A DNA stretch of 64,000 nucleotides, from the NCBI GenBank assembly GCA_023259375.1, contig JAHFQC010000016.1:11349-75348 (forward strand), read 5' to 3'. The notes under the pieces are model-generated. The model worked only from the letters and a program-made list of their open reading frames with translations. It was not told where the DNA came from and made no database searches. Of the stretch, positions 29,029 to 38,369 are shown piece after piece. The translations under genes and the position numbers were made by a program. The stretch's first letter is position 1; every line of letters starts with the position of its first letter. Origin of the DNA: Alphaproteobacteria bacterium (GTDB lineage Bacteria > Pseudomonadota > Alphaproteobacteria > Micropepsales > Micropepsaceae).

Positions 29029-29829
29029 ATGGGCGGGGTGGGGCTGCGAGTCAGATCGCTGTTGGGAGCGATACCCAATCGCCTGCAATTGGCGGGCGGC
29101 TGGATCGATCAACCGTTCGTCTCGCAGCACAACCCCTCGCCACCCGGCTCGATGGTGGTCGTCCAGATCGAGCCGGATTTTCCGGTCATGGAACGCTCCG
29201 GCATCGCCGGTAGCACGCGGGCGATCGCGGCGCGGCTCTGGGATGGACGTATCCCGCCGCGCCCGCCGGCCGAACTGGTGCGCGAACTCTATGCTGCGGA
29301 AAACGAGAGCAAGGCCGAGCCGTCCGGCTCGCAGGACATGATCGGCCTTGTCTATCCCGGCGTGAGCCGGCTCGATTACGACATCTCCGTCGACGGCGGG
29401 CTGTTTCCTAGTCACATCGAATCCTGCTGCGATCCCGAGGTGGCCGCGTGGCTCTCCAGGGTTCTGCACATCATTCCGATGGCGCCGCGGCCGCTCGGCT
29501 ACAGCCCGCTGGGTGTCAAGAATCTGACGCCGGAATGGGTGTCGCTGCTCGGCCGCTGCGGCGCCGAGTGTTATGCCGCGATCGTTAAACGTGACCTGAT
29601 GGCGTTGGGCGCCTCGCTGAATTTGAACATGCGGTGTTGGGAGAGTTTGCTTCCGCATGTCTGCCGTCACCCGTTGATTGCACCCGGCCTTATGGATCTG
29701 TTGCAGGCCTATCAGGGCGACTATCCTGGGGCGATGTTTTCCGGCTGCGGTGGCGGCTATCTCATTGTGGTTTCCGAGGACCCGGTTCCGGGCGCCTTCC
29801 AGGTGACAGTGAGGGTCGCGAACGCATGA
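29029..29829 (+). CDS. GHMP-superfamily sugar kinase, fucokinase-like and divergent
   Basis: PNRLQLAGGWIDQP (cf. fucokinase PxRxDxAGGWxD), RSGIAGS, SGSQD, GAMFSGCGGGY. Confidence 0.65.
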   Translation: MGGVGLRVRSLLGAIPNRLQLAGGWIDQPFVSQHNPSPPGSMVVVQIEPDFPVMERSGIAGSTRAIAARLWDGRIPPRPPAELVRELYAAENESKAEPSGSQDMIGLVYPGVSRLDYDISVDGGLFPSHIESCCDPEVAAWLSRVLHIIPMAPRPLGYSPLGVKNLTPEWVSLLGRCGAECYAAIVKRDLMALGASLNLNMRCWESLLPHVCRHPLIAPGLMDLLQAYQGDYPGAMFSGCGGGYLIVVSEDPVPGAFQVTVRVANA

Positions 29830-30611
29830 GCAAGGCATTTGTCGAAGGCACCTTCGACGACATCAAATCCCTTGATCTTCGCTTCCTTGAAGAGGCGGCA
29901 AAATCCGGTCCGCTCACGGTGCTGCTGCGGTCCGACGAGGCGATCCTGGCCGAGACCGGCAAGGCGCCGCGTTTTCCGTTCGCCGAACGGCAGTATTTCC
30001 TGGCTGCGACGCGCTTCGTCGCCGATGTCGTGGAGTGTCCTTCCACGGGCGCGGCTCTGCTGGCGTGGAATGACGGCATCTGGGTTGAGCGCGAAGGCGG
30101 CAGTCGCCAGTCCTATTGCCGCGAGCACGGCATCGCGCATCGCCTGGTGACCGCGGCGGACCTGAGCGGCTTTCCCGAGCCTCAGCCGAAGCCGGTGCAA
30201 GGTCCCAAAGTGGTGGTGACCGGCTGTTACGACTGGTTCCATTCCGGCCATGTGCGGTTTTTCGAAGAGGCATCTGCTTTCGGCGCGCTGTATGTCGTGG
30301 TCGGGCACGACCGCAACATCCGCGCCCTCAAAGGCGAAGGCCATCCGCTGCTTCCGGAAGCCGAGCGGCGCTACGTCGTTGGCGCGATCAAGCACGTCAC
30401 CCAAGCGCTGATCTCTACTGGCGAGGGCTGGCTGGACGCGGATCCGCAGATCAAGCAGATTAAGCCGGACTATTACGTCGTCAACGAAGACGGCGACAAG
30501 GGCGGCAAGCGGGAATACTGCGAATCCAACGGTATTCAATACAAGGTACTGCGACGAGAACCGGCGCCGGGGTTGCCGAAGCGATCGAGCACGGATTTGC
30601 GCGGCTTCTAG
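29826..30611 (+). CDS. Tandem-domain HxGH nucleotidyltransferase (cytidylyltransferase/RfaE-like)
   Basis: Domain 2: VVVTGCYDWFHSGH, EAERRY, KRSSTDLR; domain 1 degenerate (GTFDDIKSLD). Confidence 0.8.
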   Translation: MSKAFVEGTFDDIKSLDLRFLEEAAKSGPLTVLLRSDEAILAETGKAPRFPFAERQYFLAATRFVADVVECPSTGAALLAWNDGIWVEREGGSRQSYCREHGIAHRLVTAADLSGFPEPQPKPVQGPKVVVTGCYDWFHSGHVRFFEEASAFGALYVVVGHDRNIRALKGEGHPLLPEAERRYVVGAIKHVTQALISTGEGWLDADPQIKQIKPDYYVVNEDGDKGGKREYCESNGIQYKVLRREPAPGLPKRSSTDLRGF

Positions 30612-30632
30612 CGCGGCAAACGGGGACGGGTC

Positions 30633-31718
30633 ATGCGTTATGGCGTTATTCTGGCGGGCGGTTCCGGAACAAGGCTATGGCCATGGAGCAGGGCCGGCCG
30701 TCCCAAGCAGTTGCTGCCGCTGATCGGCGGCCGTTCGCTGCTGGAACTCTCCTATGAACGTCTTCTGCCTCTGGTCGGCCCCGACCGTCTGTTCGTCTGC
30801 GCTGGTAATGGGTTTGCTGATCAGATTTGCGATGCATTGAAGCTCAATGAAAGCCAGTTCATCGGCGAACCCACCGGGCGCGATACCACGGCCGCCATCG
30901 GCTATTGCGCCGCGATGCTGCAGAAGAAGGATCCTGAGGCGGTGTTTGCGATCTGCACCGCGGACCATCTCATCGAGCCTCAGGACGCATTCCGCGCCAG
31001 CATGGCCGCCGGTTTCGAATTGGCCGAGCGCCGCCCCAACGCGCTTGTCACCTTTGGTGTCGTGCCTGATGCGCCGTCGACGGCCTACGGCTATCTCGAA
31101 TTGGGCGGCGACGCCGATAGCGCCAAAACCGTGGCCTGTTTCCGCGAGAAGCCGCCCATCGAGCAGGCCGAGCAATTCTTCGCCGCCGGTCCTTCGCGCT
31201 ATCTGTGGAACAGCGGCATGTTCGTTTGGCGCGCCGCGACGGTTCTGAAGTGCCTTGAGATGTTCCAGCCCGCGATCTACCGCGCCGTGATGGCGATCGC
31301 CGCAGCGGACGAGGGCGAGGCATTCCGGCAAACGCTGGCGGAAATCTATCCGACGATCACCAAGATCAGCGTCGATTACGCGATCATGGAGCCCGCCTCG
31401 CGCGATGCCCGCGTCGAGGTTCTGGCGCTGCCGCTGGACCTCAGCTGGCGCGATATCGGGTCGTGGAACGCCTTCGCCCAGATCTGCGACCACGACAAGG
31501 ACGGCAACGCCGTCGCGGCCGCGCGCACCGCCGCTCTCGATTGCCGCAACACCGTCATCGCCTCCGACAACCCCGACCACTTGGTTGCCGTTATCGGCTG
31601 TGACGACCTGATGGTGATCCACACCGCCGATGCGACGCTGGTTTGCCGCGCCGACAAGGCGGAGTCCGTCAAGAAGATCCAGGAGATTCTGAAAGCAAAG
31701 TACGCCTCGTATCTGTAG
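30633..31718 (+). CDS. manC: Mannose-1-phosphate guanylyltransferase (no PMI cupin domain)
   Basis: VILAGGSGTRLWPWSRAGRPKQ, EPTGRDTTAA, ADHLI, YGYLE, FREKP, WNSGMF, SVDYAIME, WRDIGSW. Confidence 0.9.
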   Translation: MRYGVILAGGSGTRLWPWSRAGRPKQLLPLIGGRSLLELSYERLLPLVGPDRLFVCAGNGFADQICDALKLNESQFIGEPTGRDTTAAIGYCAAMLQKKDPEAVFAICTADHLIEPQDAFRASMAAGFELAERRPNALVTFGVVPDAPSTAYGYLELGGDADSAKTVACFREKPPIEQAEQFFAAGPSRYLWNSGMFVWRAATVLKCLEMFQPAIYRAVMAIAAADEGEAFRQTLAEIYPTITKISVDYAIMEPASRDARVEVLALPLDLSWRDIGSWNAFAQICDHDKDGNAVAAARTAALDCRNTVIASDNPDHLVAVIGCDDLMVIHTADATLVCRADKAESVKKIQEILKAKYASYL

Positions 31719-31754
31719 TTATAAAAAACAAAAACGAGTTTAGGGGACGGGAAC

Positions 31755-32990
31755 ATGACTAGCGAACAGCGGCGCGAACGCGTCGCGCTTTTCCGCTTTG
31801 CCGACGGCCGCAAAATGCTGGGCATATTTGCGTTGGTGACGACGCTGTTTCTATTGTGGGGGTTCTGCAACGGTCTGATCGACGTGCTCAACAAGCACTT
31901 CCAGTCGACGCTGCACATCAACAAGTTCCAGTCCGGCTTCGTTCAGACCGCGAACTATATGGCCTACTTCCTGATGGCCATTCCGGCGGGGCTATTGGCC
32001 AAGCGGTTCGGCTATAAGGGCGGCATCCTGGTCGGCTTGACGCTGATCGTCGCCGGCGCCTTGTGGTTCGTGGCGGCGACCCAGGTCGCGACGTACTGGG
32101 CCTTCCTCGCCGGCCTGTTCATTCTGGCCGCGGGCATGACCTGCCTCGAGACTGTCGCCAATCCCTATACGACGGTGCTAGGCCCGGCCGAGACCGGCGC
32201 CGCGCGCATCAACATCGCCCAGACGTTCAACGGCGTCGGCTGGATTTTGGGACCGATCGTCGGCGGCCATTTCATCTTCGAAGGCGCCAAGAACGCCGAT
32301 GCCAATTCGGGCCTTTACGTGCCGTATCTCGGCATTGCGGTGGTGGTGGCGGTTCTGCTGGTCGTCTTCGCCTTCTCGCGTCTGCCCGATCTAGCGGCGC
32401 AGGACGATGTCGAACAGGAGGCTGGGCCCGGCAAAAGCCTGTGGCAGCGGCCGCGCTTCCTGTTGGGCGTAATTGCGCAGTTCCTCTACGTCGCGGCGCA
32501 GACGGGCATCTTCGCGTTCTTCATCAATTATGTGATCGAGAACCAGCACGTCACCGAAATCGTCGCCAAGGATTGGCTCGGCTTTTTCGGCTTCGGCCTG
32601 TTCATGGTCGGGCGCCTGTGCGGCAGCGCGGTGGTGAGCTTCGTCAAGGCACATCAGGCCTTGTCGCTTTATGCCGTGATCAATGTCGCGCTGTGCGGCG
32701 TGGCGATGCTGGGCGGCAATCTCGGGCTTGCGGCGGTGCTGGGATCGTTCTTCTTCATGTCGATCATGTTCCCGACCATCTTCGCGCTCGCCATCAAGGG
32801 TCTCGGCCCGCACACCAAGGTAGGCTCCTCGATCATCGTGATGTCGATCGTCGGTGGTGCGATCGCGCCGCCGGTCATGGGACATATCGCCGATGTTGCC
32901 TCGATGCGGGTCGGCTTTTTCGTTCCGCTGGTGTGCTTCGCCATCATCGCGGCTTACGGCGTGATCTGGCCGCGGCTCGAGCGGGAGTAA
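31755..32990 (+). CDS. fucP: Sugar:H+ symporter of the FucP/GluP family
   Basis: LFLLWGFCNGLIDVLNKHF, GYKGGIL, CLETVANPY, RINIAQTFNG, MSIMFPTIF, VMSIVGGAI. Confidence 0.88.
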   Translation: MTSEQRRERVALFRFADGRKMLGIFALVTTLFLLWGFCNGLIDVLNKHFQSTLHINKFQSGFVQTANYMAYFLMAIPAGLLAKRFGYKGGILVGLTLIVAGALWFVAATQVATYWAFLAGLFILAAGMTCLETVANPYTTVLGPAETGAARINIAQTFNGVGWILGPIVGGHFIFEGAKNADANSGLYVPYLGIAVVVAVLLVVFAFSRLPDLAAQDDVEQEAGPGKSLWQRPRFLLGVIAQFLYVAAQTGIFAFFINYVIENQHVTEIVAKDWLGFFGFGLFMVGRLCGSAVVSFVKAHQALSLYAVINVALCGVAMLGGNLGLAAVLGSFFFMSIMFPTIFALAIKGLGPHTKVGSSIIVMSIVGGAIAPPVMGHIADVASMRVGFFVPLVCFAIIAAYGVIWPRLERE

Positions 32991-32993
32991 ACC

Positions 32994-34382
32994 TCAGAGC
33001 TGTATCGCCGTCCGCACCCCGATGACGAACGCGTTCTTCATCGCCGGTGCGGACTGCGTCCGGTCGGCGTTGGGAGCGGCACTGAAGCCAGCCGGGTGGA
33101 TGATGTATTGGATGTCCGGCTGGATCGTCCACCACGGTGCGGCGACATAGCTGTACGACAGTTCGATCGCCGCCTCGTAATCCCGTACCGGGCGCGTCGC
33201 CGACGGCTTGGCACGGTTATAGTCGCGGTCGAAGCTGCGGGCGCGGTCGCTGATCCGGGCGTAGGCGAAGCCGAGGCCGAGAATGTCGCTGTCGTGGCCT
33301 TCGAACAGGCCGACATAGTTGAGCCCGGTGTCGAAGTAGAAGGAGACCGTATTGCGGTCTCCTGGCGCCGCACTGACGCGGAGAAAGCCGCCGAGACCCT
33401 GAGCCTCGTTTGCGCCTTCGCGCCACAGCCGCTTGTCGACGCTGGCGTAGACGCCGTAATCACCGCGCCGCAGATACGGAGCACCATTGGTCTCGGCGAT
33501 CGGATCGCCGTCCGCGTCATAGCGCAGGTCGGCAAACTTACCGGAATGATACCAGCCGGCCAGTTTGAACGTGGCGGGAAGATCGCCGGTGACCGTGTAG
33601 CCGATCTCGCTGATGACCAGCAGATCGTCGTTGGTGGCGAAGGTCAGGCCGTCGTCATTGCAGATTTGCGGATCGCCGTCGCAATGTCCCGCGGGATTGC
33701 CGTTGAACACGCCGGTCTGCCAGTAGAATTCCGTGTTCGGAGCCCATTTCACCCGCACGCCCGGGGTCGACAGCGGATAGCCCGGTCCACCCTGGGGCAT
33801 GTCGGCGGCGGCCAGGGCAGGCCAGCCGAAACTCCCGTTCATGAACACGGTAGCGTAGTCGCTGAGCATGAACTCATCGTCGGCGGCGATTTGGCCGAGG
33901 CGGACCGACAGCGTGTTGCTGAACAGGCTTTGCTCGAGATAGGCGTCGAACAGGCGGGCGGCGCGATGCGCCTCGATGCTGGATGGATCGAGCAGGTTGC
34001 CGCCCAGCGTATCGGACGTTAGCCCGCGGCCGTGGATTTGAAGCGCGTTGACGTGAATGGTGGCGCCCGGCCAGCCGGCCAGCTTTTCCAGGTCGAGATC
34101 GAGATCGAATTCGGCGCGGCCGGTGAACACGGTCCCGGTCTTGAGACCGCCCGAGGTATTGCCGAGCACTTCCGCCACTTCGGATGCGCTGAGGGTAATG
34201 CCGCGATCCGTAAGCTGGGTGCGCAACCCGCCCCAGCTTCCGGTCAAGGTATCGTGCCCCCAGATGCTGTCGCCAGCCGTGGCGTCCTGGCCATAGCCCG
34301 GCGCAGCGGCAGCGATGACGGCCGCCGCGAGCGGGAGAACGAGTCGCCAGAGCTTGGCGGCATCATTCGTTCTGGCCTTCAT
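32994..34382 (-). CDS. Carbohydrate-selective porin, OprB family
   Basis: Signal peptide; LTGSWGGLRTQL, RLGQIAADDEF, PGYPLSTPG, IQPDIQYIIHPAG; C-terminus VIGVRTAIQL. Confidence 0.9.
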   Translation of the reverse strand: MKARTNDAAKLWRLVLPLAAAVIAAAAPGYGQDATAGDSIWGHDTLTGSWGGLRTQLTDRGITLSASEVAEVLGNTSGGLKTGTVFTGRAEFDLDLDLEKLAGWPGATIHVNALQIHGRGLTSDTLGGNLLDPSSIEAHRAARLFDAYLEQSLFSNTLSVRLGQIAADDEFMLSDYATVFMNGSFGWPALAAADMPQGGPGYPLSTPGVRVKWAPNTEFYWQTGVFNGNPAGHCDGDPQICNDDGLTFATNDDLLVISEIGYTVTGDLPATFKLAGWYHSGKFADLRYDADGDPIAETNGAPYLRRGDYGVYASVDKRLWREGANEAQGLGGFLRVSAAPGDRNTVSFYFDTGLNYVGLFEGHDSDILGLGFAYARISDRARSFDRDYNRAKPSATRPVRDYEAAIELSYSYVAAPWWTIQPDIQYIIHPAGFSAAPNADRTQSAPAMKNAFVIGVRTAIQL

Positions 34383-34585
34383 TCCCAGGAAATCCCCTCA
34401 GGCTGGCCCCCCGTCGCCCCCGGGGATCTGTTGTTGTTAGTGAGAACCAATCGCAACTTACTTTGCACTATGAACCACGGGGAAAGTGCGGGCTCAAGGG
34501 GTGCGCGTCAAAACGTCTTCGGACTCTGGGAAAACAAAGTCCTGCAGGATCTACGAGTGAGCGAGGTCGGCGGCGGGAGGTTGAT

Positions 34586-35131
34586 CTACATCAGGGGGGT
34601 ATTCGGTCCGCTGATGAATTGCCCGACCGACGGATCGTAGCGAAGCACTTTGCGTCCCGCACCGGGCCGCTCCAGCACGACCGCAACGCCCGGCCTCCGG
34701 GGATCGGCGAGGATCGCGGTGATGGTCCCGTCCGGCAGGGCGATGTCCGAAATCTGATGGACCCGCAGCACCGGGAACGCGCGGCAATTGCGACAACCGG
34801 AAGCGATCTTCGCTGGCATGGCGGGCGCCATGTCGCCGTCCGCTTGGGCCGGAATGCGCAGGAGCATTTCCTGAGCCCCCCGCCGCGCGAGTACGTACAG
34901 GCCGTCCGCAGCGGGATGCACCGATACCAGCATCCGATCCGGACGCGGCCCGGCGATGACGTAGGCAGTGCTCGGCTTGCCGGTCGCAAAGCCGATGAGC
35001 GTTCGGCTCGTGGTGTTGCCCGACAACAGGAAGCTTTCTTTCCCGCGTGTGACAGCAAGGTCTTCGGCGGTGGCCGCACCAAACGAAAAAAGGCAAATCG
35101 CCAACGCCGTCAGCAGCGATCGGTATGGCAT
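34586..35131 (-). CDS. Hypothetical exported protein
   Basis: Signal-peptide-like N-terminus LLTALAICLFSFGAATA; internal CRNC; no family recognised. Confidence 0.55.
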   Translation of the reverse strand: MPYRSLLTALAICLFSFGAATAEDLAVTRGKESFLLSGNTTSRTLIGFATGKPSTAYVIAGPRPDRMLVSVHPAADGLYVLARRGAQEMLLRIPAQADGDMAPAMPAKIASGCRNCRAFPVLRVHQISDIALPDGTITAILADPRRPGVAVVLERPGAGRKVLRYDPSVGQFISGPNTPLM

Positions 35132-35259
35132 GAGGGTCCCCATTCTCTGAACCGATACAGTTCCGGAACTGCGCTTTCATCGAAGTCGGCCGCAGCACGC
35201 GGCGGCGAGCCGGAGATCGAACGAGCAAAACGGAGGCCGCGCCTCCGCAAGCGATCGCG

Positions 35260-35691
35260 CTATGCCGGTGGGGCCCGGCTTTGCCATGCATGCGAGGATG
35301 CAATGGCCACAGCGCTCGTGTTGAGGACAATCGGATCGAGCAATCGGAAGGCGACGGGCAGGTCTACCGGCGGAGCGACCGGAGGCAGGTAGCTGCCGCT
35401 CGCGAGGACGGCCTGGCACCACGGGCAATGCGTCGTATGGGTGTCGCCCGTCTTCTTCGTTTGGTGCAGCGCCGCGGACGGAACGGCTGAGGCGGCATGC
35501 CCGATGCCTGCCGTTTCCGACGTCGGAAAATGGACGTGAGTTTGGACGATGAATATCTGCAGCAGGAATGCGAGCAGCACCATCGGGGTGACGATCGCTC
35601 GTTCCCACGAACCCTTGCGAATATCCGTTACTCGCAACGTATGGTTGATGCTCGTCGGCATCGGCTGAAATGCTATCCCGTCATCGGCCAA
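35260..35691 (-). CDS. DUF2946-like protein (start uncertain)
   Basis: LLAFLLQIFIVQTHVH, HCPWCQ and C-terminal AWQSRAPPA. Confidence 0.75.
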   Translation of the reverse strand: MADDGIAFQPMPTSINHTLRVTDIRKGSWERAIVTPMVLLAFLLQIFIVQTHVHFPTSETAGIGHAASAVPSAALHQTKKTGDTHTTHCPWCQAVLASGSYLPPVAPPVDLPVAFRLLDPIVLNTSAVAIASSHAWQSRAPPA

Positions 35692-35778
35692 GCTGATTAT
35701 GGCATGGTCCGGCGGCTGCGTCGTGTTTCAATTCAGTATTGATTAACCACGCCGCCGCCGGCCCGCCCGCGCCGCACC

Positions 35779-37008
35779 CTATTTCACCGAACCCGCGCCT
35801 TCGGCGCTGGCGTTGGAGATGGGGGAGATCAGCGGCGCGCTCGGTGCGTCTTCCGGGCGGCAGTCCGGCATCGGCGGAGCACGTTCGGGGAAACGGGCCT
35901 TCAGCTTGAGGAACTGCTTCTCCCACAAATGCCAGCTCGCCAGGGTAACGGCCAGCATCAGGGCCAGCGCCACGGCCACGTTGATGGCGATCGCGAGCGG
36001 AGTCGCCGGTCCGCGCAGCGCGCGCGCGGTCTCGGAATGCAGCAGTATAATAAAGACGATCGGGTGCCAGACATACATGCCGTAGCTGTACTTGCCGAAC
36101 CAGCGCAGCAGGCCGGTATTCATGACGCTGTTCAGCGGCCGCCATTTGAGCGCCAGCACCAGGACGGAACCGTAGATCATCCACACGAGGGAATAGCCGA
36201 CGGTCGATATTCCCGGATCCAGACTGCTTTTGGTATGGCGGACCATCACCAGGGTACCAAAAGCCAGCAGGGCTGCACTGCCGATGGCAAAAGCAGGTTT
36301 GACCAGCGCATTGATGCCGCCGGGCCCGCGCGCAGCCAGCGCGATAAGTGCGCCCGCTGCCAATGCGTCCATCCGCATCGGCGTCGCGACATAGACGGCG
36401 GCAAAATTCGTCGCAGGAAATCCCTGGGCGGCGATGCGGCAGACGAGGGCAATCACCAGTGCGGTCGCCGCGACCGCCATGACGGTACGGCGCCGGAAGA
36501 AGAACACGATGGCCGGCCAGACGAAATAGAAGTGTTCTTCCACTGCCAGTGACCAGAAGTGTTCGAGGACGCCGAAGGAGTGGTCGCCTTTGAAGGCCAT
36601 GACGAAGTTGGTGAGATAGACGAACAGCCATCCCGGATTTTCCCGGCTTGCCAGGTTCAGCTGCTGGAGCAGGGGGAACAGGAGGACGAAGGCGGTTAGC
36701 ACCAAGTAATAGAGTGGGAATATGCGCAGCGCACGGCGGATATAGAAGTTCTTGAAATAGTTCGGACCGGGCTTGGCGTCATAGAGAATGCCGGTGATGA
36801 GAAAGCCGGACAGCACGAAAAACAGATCGACGCCGGTCCAGCCGTAATAGGCCGCCGACATGAACTTGTTGTAGATGCCGAATTCGAGCTGCATGCTGGC
36901 GCACATGTGATCGACGATGACCAGCAACACGGCGATGCCGCGCAGCCCGTCGAGCGCCGGCATGTGCGGACGTTCGCGTACCATGTACGCCGGTTCGGAC
37001 ATGCTCAT
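35779..37008 (-). CDS. Acyltransferase family 3 (OafA-like O-acyltransferase)
   Basis: LDGLRGIA, GVDLFFVLSGFLI, RRALRIFPLY, HFWSLAVEEHFY, YSYGMYVWH. Confidence 0.92.
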   Translation of the reverse strand: MSMSEPAYMVRERPHMPALDGLRGIAVLLVIVDHMCASMQLEFGIYNKFMSAAYYGWTGVDLFFVLSGFLITGILYDAKPGPNYFKNFYIRRALRIFPLYYLVLTAFVLLFPLLQQLNLASRENPGWLFVYLTNFVMAFKGDHSFGVLEHFWSLAVEEHFYFVWPAIVFFFRRRTVMAVAATALVIALVCRIAAQGFPATNFAAVYVATPMRMDALAAGALIALAARGPGGINALVKPAFAIGSAALLAFGTLVMVRHTKSSLDPGISTVGYSLVWMIYGSVLVLALKWRPLNSVMNTGLLRWFGKYSYGMYVWHPIVFIILLHSETARALRGPATPLAIAINVAVALALMLAVTLASWHLWEKQFLKLKARFPERAPPMPDCRPEDAPSAPLISPISNASAEGAGSVK

Positions 37009-37719
37009 GCGCCTGCACCGGCGAAAGTCGCGGAAGTTACGGCCTGCATTGGTGAACTGCCCCCATCGCACGAATAACAATGTGTAGGCGCTAACTATGG
37101 CCGATACCGCGGCGGCATGAGCAAGCGGGAGGGAGCGTTGGCTGCGATATTCTCCACAAACTTGCGCGGCGGACACATCGAATATGACGTCACTGCGCTC
37201 GTTTTTGGAGTGCCGCAGGGGCATTCCGCTCAGCAATGTGCAGGGCGGTACGTGTGCGATGCAGCCCGGCCGGCGGCGAAGGCGAGGCGCCTTGGTGGCC
37301 TATCGGGTACTGGCCGCGTGGCTTTCGGATGCACCCGCCGAGCAATTCTGCCAGCAGGCTCGTTGATATCAGAACGATAATCTTGTCAGCGGCGCACAAC
37401 TGGCGATGTCGTCGAGGTGTCGTCGATTTGTATCGGGACTGACATAATCGATCTGCGTGATGCCGTTTCGCGCCGGTGCACAATGCGAAGTGTACGGAAT
37501 ATGTGCGAGTGCGCTTATTTCCATCCGCACCCCCAACAAACGCATTCTGTGACAATCTGTCGTTCTCTCCTGGGTGGGTTGGCGCGCGAACGCTATCGCG
37601 CTGCTATACATCACTTAGCGAGTGATTGATCCGCCGCGTTTACCTTACCCATCGTCGAGAATTTTCGACGGCTTTTGTGCGGGGGAAATGCGGTGCGTTC
37701 CAAACCGACCACAGTCGGC

Positions 37720-38004
37720 GTGAGCAATCACGCTGACATTCAAACCATCGGTCAAATCCACGAAGACCTGACAAAGGCGTTCGCGAAGGGCGGCGACGTC
37801 CGTCTTGCGCTGGACGCCGTCGCCGATGCGGACCTCACGTTCGTGCAACTCGTCGAGGCCGCGCGACGGTTTGCGACGTCGCAGGGCAGGAGTTTTGCCG
37901 TGACGCCGGCGCCGGATTCGCTGCGGGATCTGCTTGAGCGCGGCGGCTTCGTTGCCAGGCCCGAGGATCGCTCCTTCTGGCTCGGCAACACGGGAGACAA
38001 TTGA
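37720..38004 (+). CDS. STAS-domain protein leading the che operon (start uncertain)
   Basis: LDAVADADLTFVQLVEAARR STAS_2-like motif; position before cheY. Confidence 0.75.
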   Translation: MSNHADIQTIGQIHEDLTKAFAKGGDVRLALDAVADADLTFVQLVEAARRFATSQGRSFAVTPAPDSLRDLLERGGFVARPEDRSFWLGNTGDN

Positions 38005-38369
38005 TGGCTGCGATACTGACGGTGGACGATTCCGCCTCGATACGACAGACCGTGAAGATCGCGCTGGCCAGCGGCGGTCACACGGTGTCCGAAGCGGTTG
38101 ACGGCATGGACGGGCTCGAGAAGGCCGGCCAATCCGGTTTCGACCTCATCATCACCGATTTCAACATGCCGCGCATGGATGGCCTCGCCATGGTGCGCGA
38201 GCTGCGCAAGCTGCCCCGCTATATGGGCGTTCCGGTTCTTCTGCTGACGACGGAAAGCGATGGCGGGCTGAAGCAGCAGGCCAAGGCCGCTGGTGCCACC
38301 GGGTGGATCACCAAGCCGTTTGCGGCCGACCAACTCATGAGAATCGTCGAAAAGGTCCTTGCACGATGA
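38004..38369 (+). CDS. cheY: Chemotaxis response regulator
   Basis: ILTVDDS, TDFNMPRMDG, LTTES, WITKPF. Confidence 0.93.
   Translation: MAAILTVDDSASIRQTVKIALASGGHTVSEAVDGMDGLEKAGQSGFDLIITDFNMPRMDGLAMVRELRKLPRYMGVPVLLLTTESDGGLKQQAKAAGATGWITKPFAADQLMRIVEKVLAR

Noticed and set aside
35779-37008. Acyltransferase-3 as proof that the GDP-sugar genes make a surface polysaccharide
   Set aside because: It is on the opposite strand, separated by three genes, and no glycosyltransferase or export genes are present; kept only as the alternative hypothesis
37579-37594. Sigma54 promoter upstream of the che operon
   Set aside because: GG to GC spacing is one base short of the strict -24/-12 requirement
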